59,081 nucleotides of DNA from assembly GCA_963934215.1 (NCBI GenBank), contig CAWVYB010000001.1, positions 1-59,081 of the forward strand. Direction: 5' to 3'. Both the position numbers and the translations under genes were made by a program. This stretch comes from an uncultured Flavobacteriales bacterium. GTDB taxonomy: Bacteria; Bacteroidota; Bacteroidia; Flavobacteriales_D; Sanyastnellaceae. Position 1 is the stretch's first letter. Every line of letters begins with the position of its first letter. The notes under the pieces were generated by a model. That model was not told the origin of the DNA. It saw only the letters and a program-made list of their open reading frames with translations, and searched no databases. Shown here one piece after another: positions 1 through 8,450 of this stretch.

Positions 1-1
1 C

Positions 2-241
2 ATTCAATCGTATTCTACGCAGGCACTGGAGGAGATGGCGGAGCAATTGGTACGGCACGGTCAAGACGCATTGGTCGTTGGTCACAGCAATACGACAGGC
101 GTGCTCGCGGGTCTCTTGGTTGGTGAAGAAATCGGGTCCTTCGATGAATCGATTTATAACCGTGTGTACCAGGTGGTCATTTCAAAAAATGACAAGCGGC
201 TCCATGTCTTCCATACTGCCTTTGACTGCGCGGGACGTTAG
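2..241 (+). CDS. Histidine phosphatase superfamily (SixA/PGAM-like) protein, C-terminal fragment; the 5' end lies outside the window
   Basis: The frame is open from the window edge. The tail ...QDALVVGHSNTTGVLAGLLVGEE... carries the C-terminal GHS(N) His motif typical of branch-1 histidine phosphatases. A hairpin terminator follows. Confidence 0.5.
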   Translation: MQSYSTQALEEMAEQLVRHGQDALVVGHSNTTGVLAGLLVGEEIGSFDESIYNRVYQVVISKNDKRLHVFHTAFDCAGR

Positions 242-247
242 CACATA

Positions 248-282
248 AAAATCCCCGCAGCCGTCTCCGGTGCAGGGATTTT
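248..282. terminator. Bidirectional Rho-independent terminator between convergent genes
   Basis: AAAATCCCCGCA (248-259) pairs with TGCAGGGATTTT (271-282) with one mismatch. There is an A-run on the left and a T-run on the right, so each strand has a hairpin followed by a U-tract. It sits between the stops at 241 (+) and 319 (-). Confidence 0.55.
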
Positions 283-318
283 ACAAGAACTCAACTTCGA
301 GGCTGATCAGCAGCGGTG

Positions 319-3300
319 TTACACTTTGATTACTTTGAAGTTCTGTTCAAACGTCTGAGTGAAGCACTTGACGAAGTATGTGCCGGGAGCATAGCCACTG
401 AGCGAAATCATCATTCGAGTTCCTCCATTTGGAATGCTACTTGTTTCGAGGACCCGGCCCAATCGATCCAACACTATGATTTGCAAAGGCTCATCCCAAG
501 TGCCCGAAGACTCGATTTCAATACTGAATTGATCGCTTGTGGGGTTGGGGTAAATCTTGATCAAGGTGTCGTCGGCCACATCCTCATCAACAGTGACAAC
601 GCCGCTAGGGACAAGCAATCGTTCAAATTCATAAGCACACACACTGAGGTTGTCCGTTACGACGACATTGTATTCGCCGACGGGTAGATTCATAAATGTA
701 CCAGACGTTGCAAAGTTTTGTCCGCCATCAATGCTGTATTGGTATGAACTTTCTCCAGACAAAGCCGTGATCACAATCGAGCCGTCCGCAGTCAACACGG
801 AATAGGGGTGAGTGACGTTGATTTCCAAATCTGTAAAGTCGCATACGTCTACAAAAATGGTTTCCATGTAGGTGCAGGTTCCGCTTTCGTTTTGAACAAC
901 GACATCGTACGCTCCTGCACTGAGGCCTTCGAATGTGTTAGCACTTCCGAATGACTGTCCGGCGTCGATGCTGTATTCAAAATTGTCCGCCGCAGTAAAT
1001 GTCGTGATGGTGATGATTCCGTCATCCGCAGATGAAGATGAGGTGTGTTCAACATCGATGTCGGCCAAAATTTCACAGCCATTGTCCCCGGCGCAAAAAG
1101 ACTCGACGGCTTCATTGTCAAAATCGCCATCGTTGGAAACGATGATTTCGCCTTCAGAATTCCACACTTGGAAATACCCCTGTCCGAAGCCACAGCACAT
1201 GCCATCGCCATATGAATCAAATACATACAAGGTGAGACACGAGCTAGAACTGACACAGATTTCCTCTGTGTATTCGTCAGTATCTTCACCTAAGTCGCCT
1301 TCAGATACGATCTGTAATGATCCCACATCGATCATTTTCCAAGAAGTTTCACCGGGATAATTGTCCGCGAGGAAATAGAGCGTGAGGGTTTCAAAGTCCA
1401 CCTCCAAATCGGCGCTTGTTGTCGCTGTGTTGTTGCTGGCGTTTCCGTCAGTGACTCCGTTGACGTTGGTGATGGCCAACTGAATGACGTTGCTAGTGGA
1501 GAGGAAGTCGTCTTCTATAAGGAAAGACAAGCTGCCCTGTTCTTGGGAAACAATATCCACATCTTCCTCTAAGACCGCCATCACTTCGTCATTGACCAAG
1601 ACTAGGATTTCTACAGATTCAATGGCCTCTTCACCAAGGTTGGTCAGCACGACACTGACACCCATTTGACCATCGCATGTCGAGTTGACCTGGCCAATGG
1701 CAATGGATGCGTCCAGCGCATGGGGGTGACTGAGAACGAAATCAAGTGTGTCGTTGTTTCCATAACCATCGTCTGGGTCGGATACAACACCCGTGATCAT
1801 GTAATCACCTGTGGCTGAGAAATCTTGTGGCGTAGTGAATTGAAATTCAGCGTCGCTGAAAGGCTCAATCACATCGGTGATGTTCATGGTTTCCATCAAC
1901 TGTCCGTCCACAAGCAAGGAGAGATCGAAATCACTCATGTCATTCAATCCCGTGTTGGCCACCCGGATGGTGACCATTTCTTCCGTTCCCAATGAGGAGG
2001 AAGCCACCGGATCGATGAGCTCTTCAACAGCCAAGTCATCATCGGCTTTGATACCAGCCCAAAATGACACCCACGGTCGTGCTTGCTTGATGATCAATTG
2101 GTCTTCGGCCGTAACCTTGTATTCAATGTCCATACCGAACCCTTCGATTCCTTCTACGCCATAAAGCACGGCAAACTCGTCATGGATGACGTTCAGGTAT
2201 TCCCTGAGGAGGTCGAGGTGTTCTAAATCCATAACCAGCTCTCCAGGTTCCACCAGATTGGACAACCTCAACACGATAAACCCAGCCCCCTCTGTCGGAT
2301 CTTCGTAGAGCAGAATCTCTTCAGGAACGGCATTGGGATCGGGATTTGTAATCAATGACTCACCCACTTGGGTGTTCAAATAAAACGTCCCTTGACTATC
2401 ATAAATGGGGTCCAGGCTGATCCCAACTCCATTGGACTGTTCCTCCTGAAAATTGGGATGGCACAAGACACCCATAGCGGCCATGAAATGATCTACGCGG
2501 TAAAAATCACGTTCTTCATAGGCTCTAAAATTCCACATGCTCGCATACACCTGCTTGATGGACTTTGAGATGTGTCCTTCCTCGGGATATTGGGTCTTGG
2601 ACGTGTAAAGTCCAGCGCCGCTAAACCCTGGTAAATCTTCGTTGTTTGTACTCGATCGGCATCGAACGGGCGTTCCCACAGGAAAGGAGTCGTGCATCTC
2701 TTGCAAAGCGTCCATCATCCAAGGGGGCATCGGCGCGTCTTTGATGTCGTCTCTGAAATCACGCAAACGGTCTTCACGAAAATCAATGTCATAAATGAAT
2801 GACGGGTTGGTAATCATGACTTCTGCCTCTTCATAGAAGTCATTGTACTGCATGAATTCGTCGTAGAAATAAAACGGAACTCCGTAGCCATCTGGAATGG
2901 TGCCTTCAGGAAATCCGAACGTCCGCATTGTGGACACGTTAGCACATTTTGCACCGAGTGCCGAGGACATATCAAAACTGATATCATCCAAAGGTAAAAT
3001 CTCGGTGATGCTCAAATCCCGCTCAGGAATTTGCGGATCTGTCGGTCGGAGATCCTCGTACCAGTCGTTGACCTCATCCAGTGTCGCTTCCCGAATGTAA
3101 TAGGACGCTGCCTCAACGCGATAATAAATATAGTTCCCCAAAAGGCTGGCGATGGAATCGATGGAAAGGGGATCGGCGATGTACGCATTGGGCACATTGT
3201 CTTGAATGGCCCGCAGGTTAACGTGCGATAATGGCGTTTGAATGACGGATGTCATAATTCCGCCCACGCGGGGAAGTGAGTTTGGCAAGGCATCGTACAA

Positions 3301-4269
3301 AACGATATCCCGTGAGCCAGGGGTCTCATCGAGCTCCATGTGTCGGAAGAAACCAAAGCCTTCAGCTTGGTGCAGGGGGATGTAATCCACGTTTCCAAAC
3401 ACGACCGACTCCAGCACCACGTCGATTCCGGAATCTTCATAATCGTCTGCGTAATCGTCGAGGTAGTCATCTTCATCATTTTCACCGATGAAGTGGTTCA
3501 TGTTGTTTTGTACAAAAGGCATACTCGCCATCAGCAGCTGGTAGGTTCTCTGGGTTGCCTCGAAATCGTACGCATTTCCGAAAGAGAAGTTGAATGAATA
3601 CCCGCCAATGAGTCCATTGGGATTGAACTGTATGGGATTGAACACAATTTCTCCAGAAGAATCATCCCCTGTGACATCCGCACCAATGGCATTCCAAAAG
3701 CCATAGTGGACGCCGTGGGTATTGCTATTGATAAAATACACCTTGGGCTCAGGGGTGTCCCGGTCGAGAATTCCGAATTTCACATACAACTGGTCGTCAA
3801 GAAATGGCGCCCAACCCACGTTGTTGACATCGGCGAGATTGAGGAATGTTTCGGCGTCGGGGATGGAGGTTGCTCCGTTCTCGAAATCGACGGCTTCCGC
3901 AAAATTCAATGGCGCGTCGGTTGGCATGTTCTGGAATTCCGTGATATCGTCAATTCCATCTCCATCGATGTCTCCTGGGTTTGAGGCGTCGTATTCCCAG
4001 ACGGTATAGTTCTCCAAGGGGTATGCGGCACCAGGTTCTGAAATCACCATCGTACCATCCACGCCCATCGTCATGGAAGAGGTCCACTCAAAAGAGGGGC
4101 TGTGCTGCGCTTGTAAGATGTAATATTTGCCAGACTCCCCTTCGATTGAGAGTTGGACTTGACCGAATACATTGACCGAATAATCCTCAATCGGAACGGT
4201 GACTTGCGCAATGAACTGGCTGTGAAGCAGAACGGTGCAAAGGAGAATAAGGTGATGGAGGTATTTCAT
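319..4269 (-). CDS. Large T9SS-secreted multidomain protein: swivel (PEP-utilizer mobile)-like segment, PPDK_N-type ATP-grasp domain, 2 CARDB-like domains, a DSYGDG Cys-rich module, 2 SprB-type repeats, T9SS C-terminal sorting domain
   Basis: The start is set at MKYLHHLILLCTVLLHSQFIAQ (signal peptide, ATG at 4269), not the ORF-track start at 4305. PPDK_N motifs seen: GAKCANVSTMRTFGFPEGTIPDGYGVP, RCRSSTNNEDLPGFSGAGLYTS, IKQVYASMWNFRAYEERDFY, MDIEYK..LIIKQARPWV. Swivel-like segment: DIVLYDALPNSLPRVGGIMTSVIQTPLSHVNLRAIQDNVPNAY. C-terminal sorting domain: KIYPNPTSDQFSIEIES...GTYFVKCFT..KVIKV. Confidence 0.9.
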   Translation of the reverse strand: MKYLHHLILLCTVLLHSQFIAQVTVPIEDYSVNVFGQVQLSIEGESGKYYILQAQHSPSFEWTSSMTMGVDGTMVISEPGAAYPLENYTVWEYDASNPGDIDGDGIDDITEFQNMPTDAPLNFAEAVDFENGATSIPDAETFLNLADVNNVGWAPFLDDQLYVKFGILDRDTPEPKVYFINSNTHGVHYGFWNAIGADVTGDDSSGEIVFNPIQFNPNGLIGGYSFNFSFGNAYDFEATQRTYQLLMASMPFVQNNMNHFIGENDEDDYLDDYADDYEDSGIDVVLESVVFGNVDYIPLHQAEGFGFFRHMELDETPGSRDIVLYDALPNSLPRVGGIMTSVIQTPLSHVNLRAIQDNVPNAYIADPLSIDSIASLLGNYIYYRVEAASYYIREATLDEVNDWYEDLRPTDPQIPERDLSITEILPLDDISFDMSSALGAKCANVSTMRTFGFPEGTIPDGYGVPFYFYDEFMQYNDFYEEAEVMITNPSFIYDIDFREDRLRDFRDDIKDAPMPPWMMDALQEMHDSFPVGTPVRCRSSTNNEDLPGFSGAGLYTSKTQYPEEGHISKSIKQVYASMWNFRAYEERDFYRVDHFMAAMGVLCHPNFQEEQSNGVGISLDPIYDSQGTFYLNTQVGESLITNPDPNAVPEEILLYEDPTEGAGFIVLRLSNLVEPGELVMDLEHLDLLREYLNVIHDEFAVLYGVEGIEGFGMDIEYKVTAEDQLIIKQARPWVSFWAGIKADDDLAVEELIDPVASSSLGTEEMVTIRVANTGLNDMSDFDLSLLVDGQLMETMNITDVIEPFSDAEFQFTTPQDFSATGDYMITGVVSDPDDGYGNNDTLDFVLSHPHALDASIAIGQVNSTCDGQMGVSVVLTNLGEEAIESVEILVLVNDEVMAVLEEDVDIVSQEQGSLSFLIEDDFLSTSNVIQLAITNVNGVTDGNASNNTATTSADLEVDFETLTLYFLADNYPGETSWKMIDVGSLQIVSEGDLGEDTDEYTEEICVSSSSCLTLYVFDSYGDGMCCGFGQGYFQVWNSEGEIIVSNDGDFDNEAVESFCAGDNGCEILADIDVEHTSSSSADDGIITITTFTAADNFEYSIDAGQSFGSANTFEGLSAGAYDVVVQNESGTCTYMETIFVDVCDFTDLEINVTHPYSVLTADGSIVITALSGESSYQYSIDGGQNFATSGTFMNLPVGEYNVVVTDNLSVCAYEFERLLVPSGVVTVDEDVADDTLIKIYPNPTSDQFSIEIESSGTWDEPLQIIVLDRLGRVLETSSIPNGGTRMMISLSGYAPGTYFVKCFTQTFEQNFKVIKV

Positions 4270-4519
4270 TTCAAGCGGTTCGGTTAAGCCAAGTTGGATA
4301 CACAAGGTCGTACCTTTTTTTTAAACGCCTCTGCGCCTTGATTGGTTGCTTAGATCGCAGCGATTTTGATGGGATCGACAATTGCATCCAATCGTGTTGG
4401 TTTGCTGATCTGTATTCATTGCACTGTGGCGCAGCCAACGCTCATTTCCTTTGATATTTGTCACAAAGCTGCGGTATTCGTTTCTCTTCAAAAGGAAGAA
4501 ACGGGGGGTGGATCATCGT

Positions 4520-5140
4520 TCAACCCGTAATCACAGTGGCAATGGCTTTGCTAACCGTGAGGTGTTGAACTGGACTCCAATGGAGACTGTCCTGAAAATC
4601 GTAGTCTAACAACCCCGCTACATTCAGGAAATGAACACCTCGATTGCGCGCTTCTCGTTCGATGAGTTCGGGCAAATCGCGCGCAGTTTGGGATGCGCCT
4701 ACAAACCATTCAGGTAGTTGTTGACTGGCTTCATTGGTTGAGGTCGGAGTGCAAACGAGCAATTGCGGGCGATGCTCGGCGAGGTATGCGCTTTGGAGCA
4801 CACCATCGCATAGCAGCCCCACATTGGCCGCGATTTGCTCAGCGGATGAATTGAAATGCGTTTTGAGGTCATTTGTACCGAGCATGATGATCACCCAATC
4901 AAGTGGGCGATGAGCTTCCAATAAGATCGGCAAGATCTCGAGACCGCTCCGAATGGGTCGCTCGATTTCGTTATGTGCCGTGGTGCGTCCATTGAGTCCC
5001 TCTTCGATGATTCGGTAATTGTCCGAGCCGAGGGTTTTTTGGAGAGCACCAGGCCAACGCGTTGCAAAATCGTAACGCGAGCCGTCGATGGGGTCGTATC
5101 CCCACGTGTTAGAATCACCGAAGCAGAGAATGGTTTGCAT
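4520..5140 (-). CDS. SGNH/GDSL hydrolase, MsAcT-like aryl esterase/acyltransferase
   Basis: MQTILCFGDSNTWGYDP (block I, GDS), IEEGLNGRTT (block II), IIMLGTNDLK (block III), DSLHWS (block V, DxxH). Overall it is collinear with the Mycobacterium smegmatis perhydrolase-type esterases as I remember them. Confidence 0.85.
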   Translation of the reverse strand: MQTILCFGDSNTWGYDPIDGSRYDFATRWPGALQKTLGSDNYRIIEEGLNGRTTAHNEIERPIRSGLEILPILLEAHRPLDWVIIMLGTNDLKTHFNSSAEQIAANVGLLCDGVLQSAYLAEHRPQLLVCTPTSTNEASQQLPEWFVGASQTARDLPELIEREARNRGVHFLNVAGLLDYDFQDSLHWSPVQHLTVSKAIATVITG

Positions 5141-5269
5141 GGGTAGAATGCTAATCGTGAAGATACACCTCTCAACTACGGGTTTGCCTCGGCGCTTAAA
5201 CGGGGTTAAATTCTCTGTAAATCTTGAGAAACCTTAGACCTTCGATGAATAAATTAAGCGCAAGACGAA

Positions 5270-6604
5270 TTACTCTTCCTCTGGCTCTCCGGTCACCCGA
5301 ATGTTTTGGGTGTTGTCATACTGAATGCTTCCGATGAACGAATTGGTTCCAATGGAGAGGTCTGCAGACCCACCAGGCCGTTGTAAGAGCGTATTGCCAT
5401 GTCCTCCTGCAATGGTAGCTCCGTTACCACCTCGATTGTTATTGTTGAACCCCCCAAAAACAGATCGGGCCTGGCTTCCTTGCCAGAGCGAGTCGGTGGT
5501 GAGTGTATTGCCGTAACCGCCTGAGATGACGCCACAATACCCGGAATTCAGATTGGCATACCTTCCACCTAAAATCACTGAAAAACGTGTGTCAGTCGAG
5601 TCTGAGCCAAGATGATGATTTTCACCACCTACAACAACAGCTTGATTGCCTTCGATTGTACTTCCTGTGCTCCCCACCATGACAGACTCTGATCCATGGA
5701 CCTGACTGTCACGACCTCCAACTACAGCCGCAAGCTGTCCCGAAACAGTGTTGTCATAACCAGCGAATATGGCAGAATAATTGCCGTCATTGATCGTATT
5801 CCCTTGTCCTCCGCATATCACATTGGCCCATGTCTGACTGCCGACATTCGTTTGGATGAGGTTGCCTGATCCACCGACGAGGACGCCCAATTCCTGCCAA
5901 TTCTCATTGCCGATGCCGCCAACGATTGCTCCATCATCAGAATCAAGGATGTTATTTCTACCCCCGATGGTTACTCCTGTCGAAAGCGAAGAAATGTTGT
6001 ATCGTCCACCAATCATTCCGCCGCGCGATCCTGAGTATTCGTTCTGAAGTCCAGATACAATTCCGAAATCACCATGAGATTTGTTCGACGATCCGCCAAT
6101 GATATTACCAGATCCGTTGTATGTGTTTCCGGCACCCAACACCAAATTGTGCGACCCTTGTCGGTCGATAAGTTGCTGGGCGCTGTCCACGGTATTGTAC
6201 CCAACAATGATGTTACCAAGGGCGTTGCCCTCGAGTAACTCACCGCTACCATTCACGACTTGAAGGTTTGCACCCGACAATAGTACCGTTTGAGTTTCAT
6301 CATCCACACTCATATATCCATTCAATCCCAATACTGTGGAAGCCTCCAATGTCTCCACTTGCAGTTGCAACGCTTCAATCGTCTGCTGCATTGTCAGTAG
6401 CACCTCCGCCAATGCGACGCCGTCAACCACTATTTCACCTGGCTGAAAGCTTTCTCCAAAAATGGACAACACAGGTAGCAAATCAGTAACTCCAATAAGC
6501 TCATCATTGTCGGCATCAGGATTGTAGGGGTAAACAATCGCCTCCTGAGAAGAAACATGGTAGCAGGTCAAAAAGGCAAAAAAACTGATGAGAATGGTTT
6601 TCAT
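5270..6604 (-). CDS. Secreted protein: signal peptide, dockerin-like Ca-binding motif, short coiled coil, then Gly/Asn-rich beta-helix repeats (tail-fibre / Hep_Hag-like)
   Basis: Signal peptide MKTILISFFAFLTCYHVSSQ. Dockerin-like motif YNPDADNDELIGVTDLLPVLSIFG. Heptad-like stretch LLTMQQTIEALQLQVETLEAS. After that come about 20 degenerate repeats of the type GG(R/S)xNxhxxxxxxhhGG. Confidence 0.7.
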   Translation of the reverse strand: MKTILISFFAFLTCYHVSSQEAIVYPYNPDADNDELIGVTDLLPVLSIFGESFQPGEIVVDGVALAEVLLTMQQTIEALQLQVETLEASTVLGLNGYMSVDDETQTVLLSGANLQVVNGSGELLEGNALGNIIVGYNTVDSAQQLIDRQGSHNLVLGAGNTYNGSGNIIGGSSNKSHGDFGIVSGLQNEYSGSRGGMIGGRYNISSLSTGVTIGGRNNILDSDDGAIVGGIGNENWQELGVLVGGSGNLIQTNVGSQTWANVICGGQGNTINDGNYSAIFAGYDNTVSGQLAAVVGGRDSQVHGSESVMVGSTGSTIEGNQAVVVGGENHHLGSDSTDTRFSVILGGRYANLNSGYCGVISGGYGNTLTTDSLWQGSQARSVFGGFNNNNRGGNGATIAGGHGNTLLQRPGGSADLSIGTNSFIGSIQYDNTQNIRVTGEPEEE

Positions 6605-6640
6605 ATCGTAGAATTTGGTCTAAAAAAAACATAGTTTAGT

Positions 6641-6648
6641 CAAATTTA
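6641..6648 (-). promoter_or_regulatory. Candidate Bacteroidota -7 promoter box (TAAATTTG) for the 5270..6604 gene
   Basis: An exact TAnnTTTG match on the minus strand, 37 nt upstream of the ATG at 6604. Confidence 0.3.
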
Positions 6649-6696
6649 AATCACGATTCGCTTGAATATGATACATATTTGGTACATTTATGTGTC

Positions 6697-7941
6697 ATGA
6701 TTCAAAACCTACTATCGGAGGTCATAAAGACATCGGGTATTGCGATTCATACCCGCGGTGATTGCGAGTTTCTCTCCGCATTGATTTTGGAGGAGACCGA
6801 TCAATTTATCAGTTACAACACGTTGCGCCGCTTGTATGGATTGGCAGCAAGCCGCACTCCTCGTCAGCAAACGCTCAACACCCTTGCTAGATTTTGCGGC
6901 TACGGCGGATATCGAGAGTTTTGTGGTGTGCAGCCGAAATTGAATCTGTGGAAACAAAAAGAAGAATTGTATCTGATTCTTGCTAGAAGAGAGCCCCAAG
7001 AAGCCGTCACCTTTTTCGCTCAAATAGAGAATGACCTGGTACGACTTGAATTGCTTTTGTGCGCATTCCGAGAGTCCTTTCTCTCTAATCAAGACGATTT
7101 CATCATTGCACTGTTGGATGCAGATGCTTACGAGCTCAACAGATACCCTTACACCTACCAAATCCACACGGCCATTGCCATGGGACTGGTCATCCGTGAC
7201 CATCCCATTGCCGATCGTGTTAAGTTGCTATCGCATCCGAAGATGGTGGAATCCATCTACCTGAGGCTCATTGATTACTCGGCCTTGAATGGTTATTATG
7301 GGGAATGGACGCAGATGCTGGCCATGCAGCCGATTTCTTTGGAATGCGAGGTTTTCATCGGGTGTCTTGAAAGATTAAAGGCCGTTTTGAATCAGTCGGA
7401 AATCGTTCCACGGGAATGGACTGAGCTCCCGTGGAAGGATTTACATCCGGCATTGCGAGGCCGCATCTTTACCGTTCAGTTCATGGGGGATCAAACACAC
7501 ACCTTTGATTTCTTTTGGCTCAAAATGTTCGGCTCACTCGATAAAACTGACTTGGAGTTGTCAGCCTTCATTGAGCCGAGCACATTTGCCGTAACAATGG
7601 GGCATCGGCAACTGGCTGCATGGCTGATTGAAAAAATTCAAATCAACGAAGCAACGTTGCATCAATTTCAACAGCATGATTTGCATGTGCATTTTTTAAT
7701 GCAAGCGATGCATGCAGTATTTGAGGGAAACAGCAAAGGAGCGCACTTCTGGATGTCACGATTTGACGAAACCGAATTGCGACGACCATGCTTTTATGAT
7801 TTCCTTCTATTCCCTGTCCGACGGCTACAAGCGGAACTCAACGGCACAGCAGATAGGTATCCTCAAGAAGTCCAGCAAACGGTATCCCGTCTTGGACACA
7901 CGTGGTTTTCCAAAGACTTGTGGCGCACCTTCTTTGATTGA
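6697..7941 (+). CDS. Hypothetical cytoplasmic all-alpha protein (414 aa), function unknown
   Basis: A long ORF with no signal peptide. The first ATG is at 6697 (MIQNLLSEV...), whereas the track start at 6679 is a TTG. I recognise no motif. The N-terminal ~75 aa (..ISYNTLRRLYGL..LNTLARFCGYGGYREF) looks like a small helical, possibly DNA-binding, head. Confidence 0.6.
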   Translation: MIQNLLSEVIKTSGIAIHTRGDCEFLSALILEETDQFISYNTLRRLYGLAASRTPRQQTLNTLARFCGYGGYREFCGVQPKLNLWKQKEELYLILARREPQEAVTFFAQIENDLVRLELLLCAFRESFLSNQDDFIIALLDADAYELNRYPYTYQIHTAIAMGLVIRDHPIADRVKLLSHPKMVESIYLRLIDYSALNGYYGEWTQMLAMQPISLECEVFIGCLERLKAVLNQSEIVPREWTELPWKDLHPALRGRIFTVQFMGDQTHTFDFFWLKMFGSLDKTDLELSAFIEPSTFAVTMGHRQLAAWLIEKIQINEATLHQFQQHDLHVHFLMQAMHAVFEGNSKGAHFWMSRFDETELRRPCFYDFLLFPVRRLQAELNGTADRYPQEVQQTVSRLGHTWFSKDLWRTFFD

Positions 7942-8450
7942 TCGTTTTGTTGCGTCTGCTTAGCACGGTAAAATTGACTCTCGCCATGGGAGAAGGAGGT
8001 GCAATGCTTGTCTTTCCCCTTAGTTCAATGCGTATGTTTTCAGTCCGTGACACTTCCGACACGGATGATTTGCGACGGTTGCCCGGCAACGGTTGCCCGA
8101 ATGAAGAAGGATCCCGACAGGCGTTTAGTATCCCAGATGTCGCCGGCAGCAATCGGTTGAGTCGCCAAGGTCATCCTTCCCAGCGTGTCATATCTTTCAA
8201 TGTGACATGCTATGTGCGCTCCCAATGATGGGCCGGTGCTGTAAATGAAGTCTTCAGAAACGGGGTTGATTGGAATGGCCCTAAGCTGGGGTGATTTTCT
8301 CGATAGATGAATTCAAATGCGCAGTCGACCAGTCATTGAGCTTTGGCTGTTTTTACTTTACGGTGACTTAACTTTCTGAGACTCCTTTGTCACGCGATAG
8401 AAAATGGGAGGTATTCCATATCAGAATACAATCAACTATAATATCAGAAA

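Noticed and set aside
4470-4500. The imperfect hairpin CGTTTCTCTTC-AAAA-GGAAGAAACG downstream of the SGNH gene.
   Set aside because: The stem needs a bulge and a G-U pair, and no U-tract follows on the minus strand. That is too weak to call a terminator.
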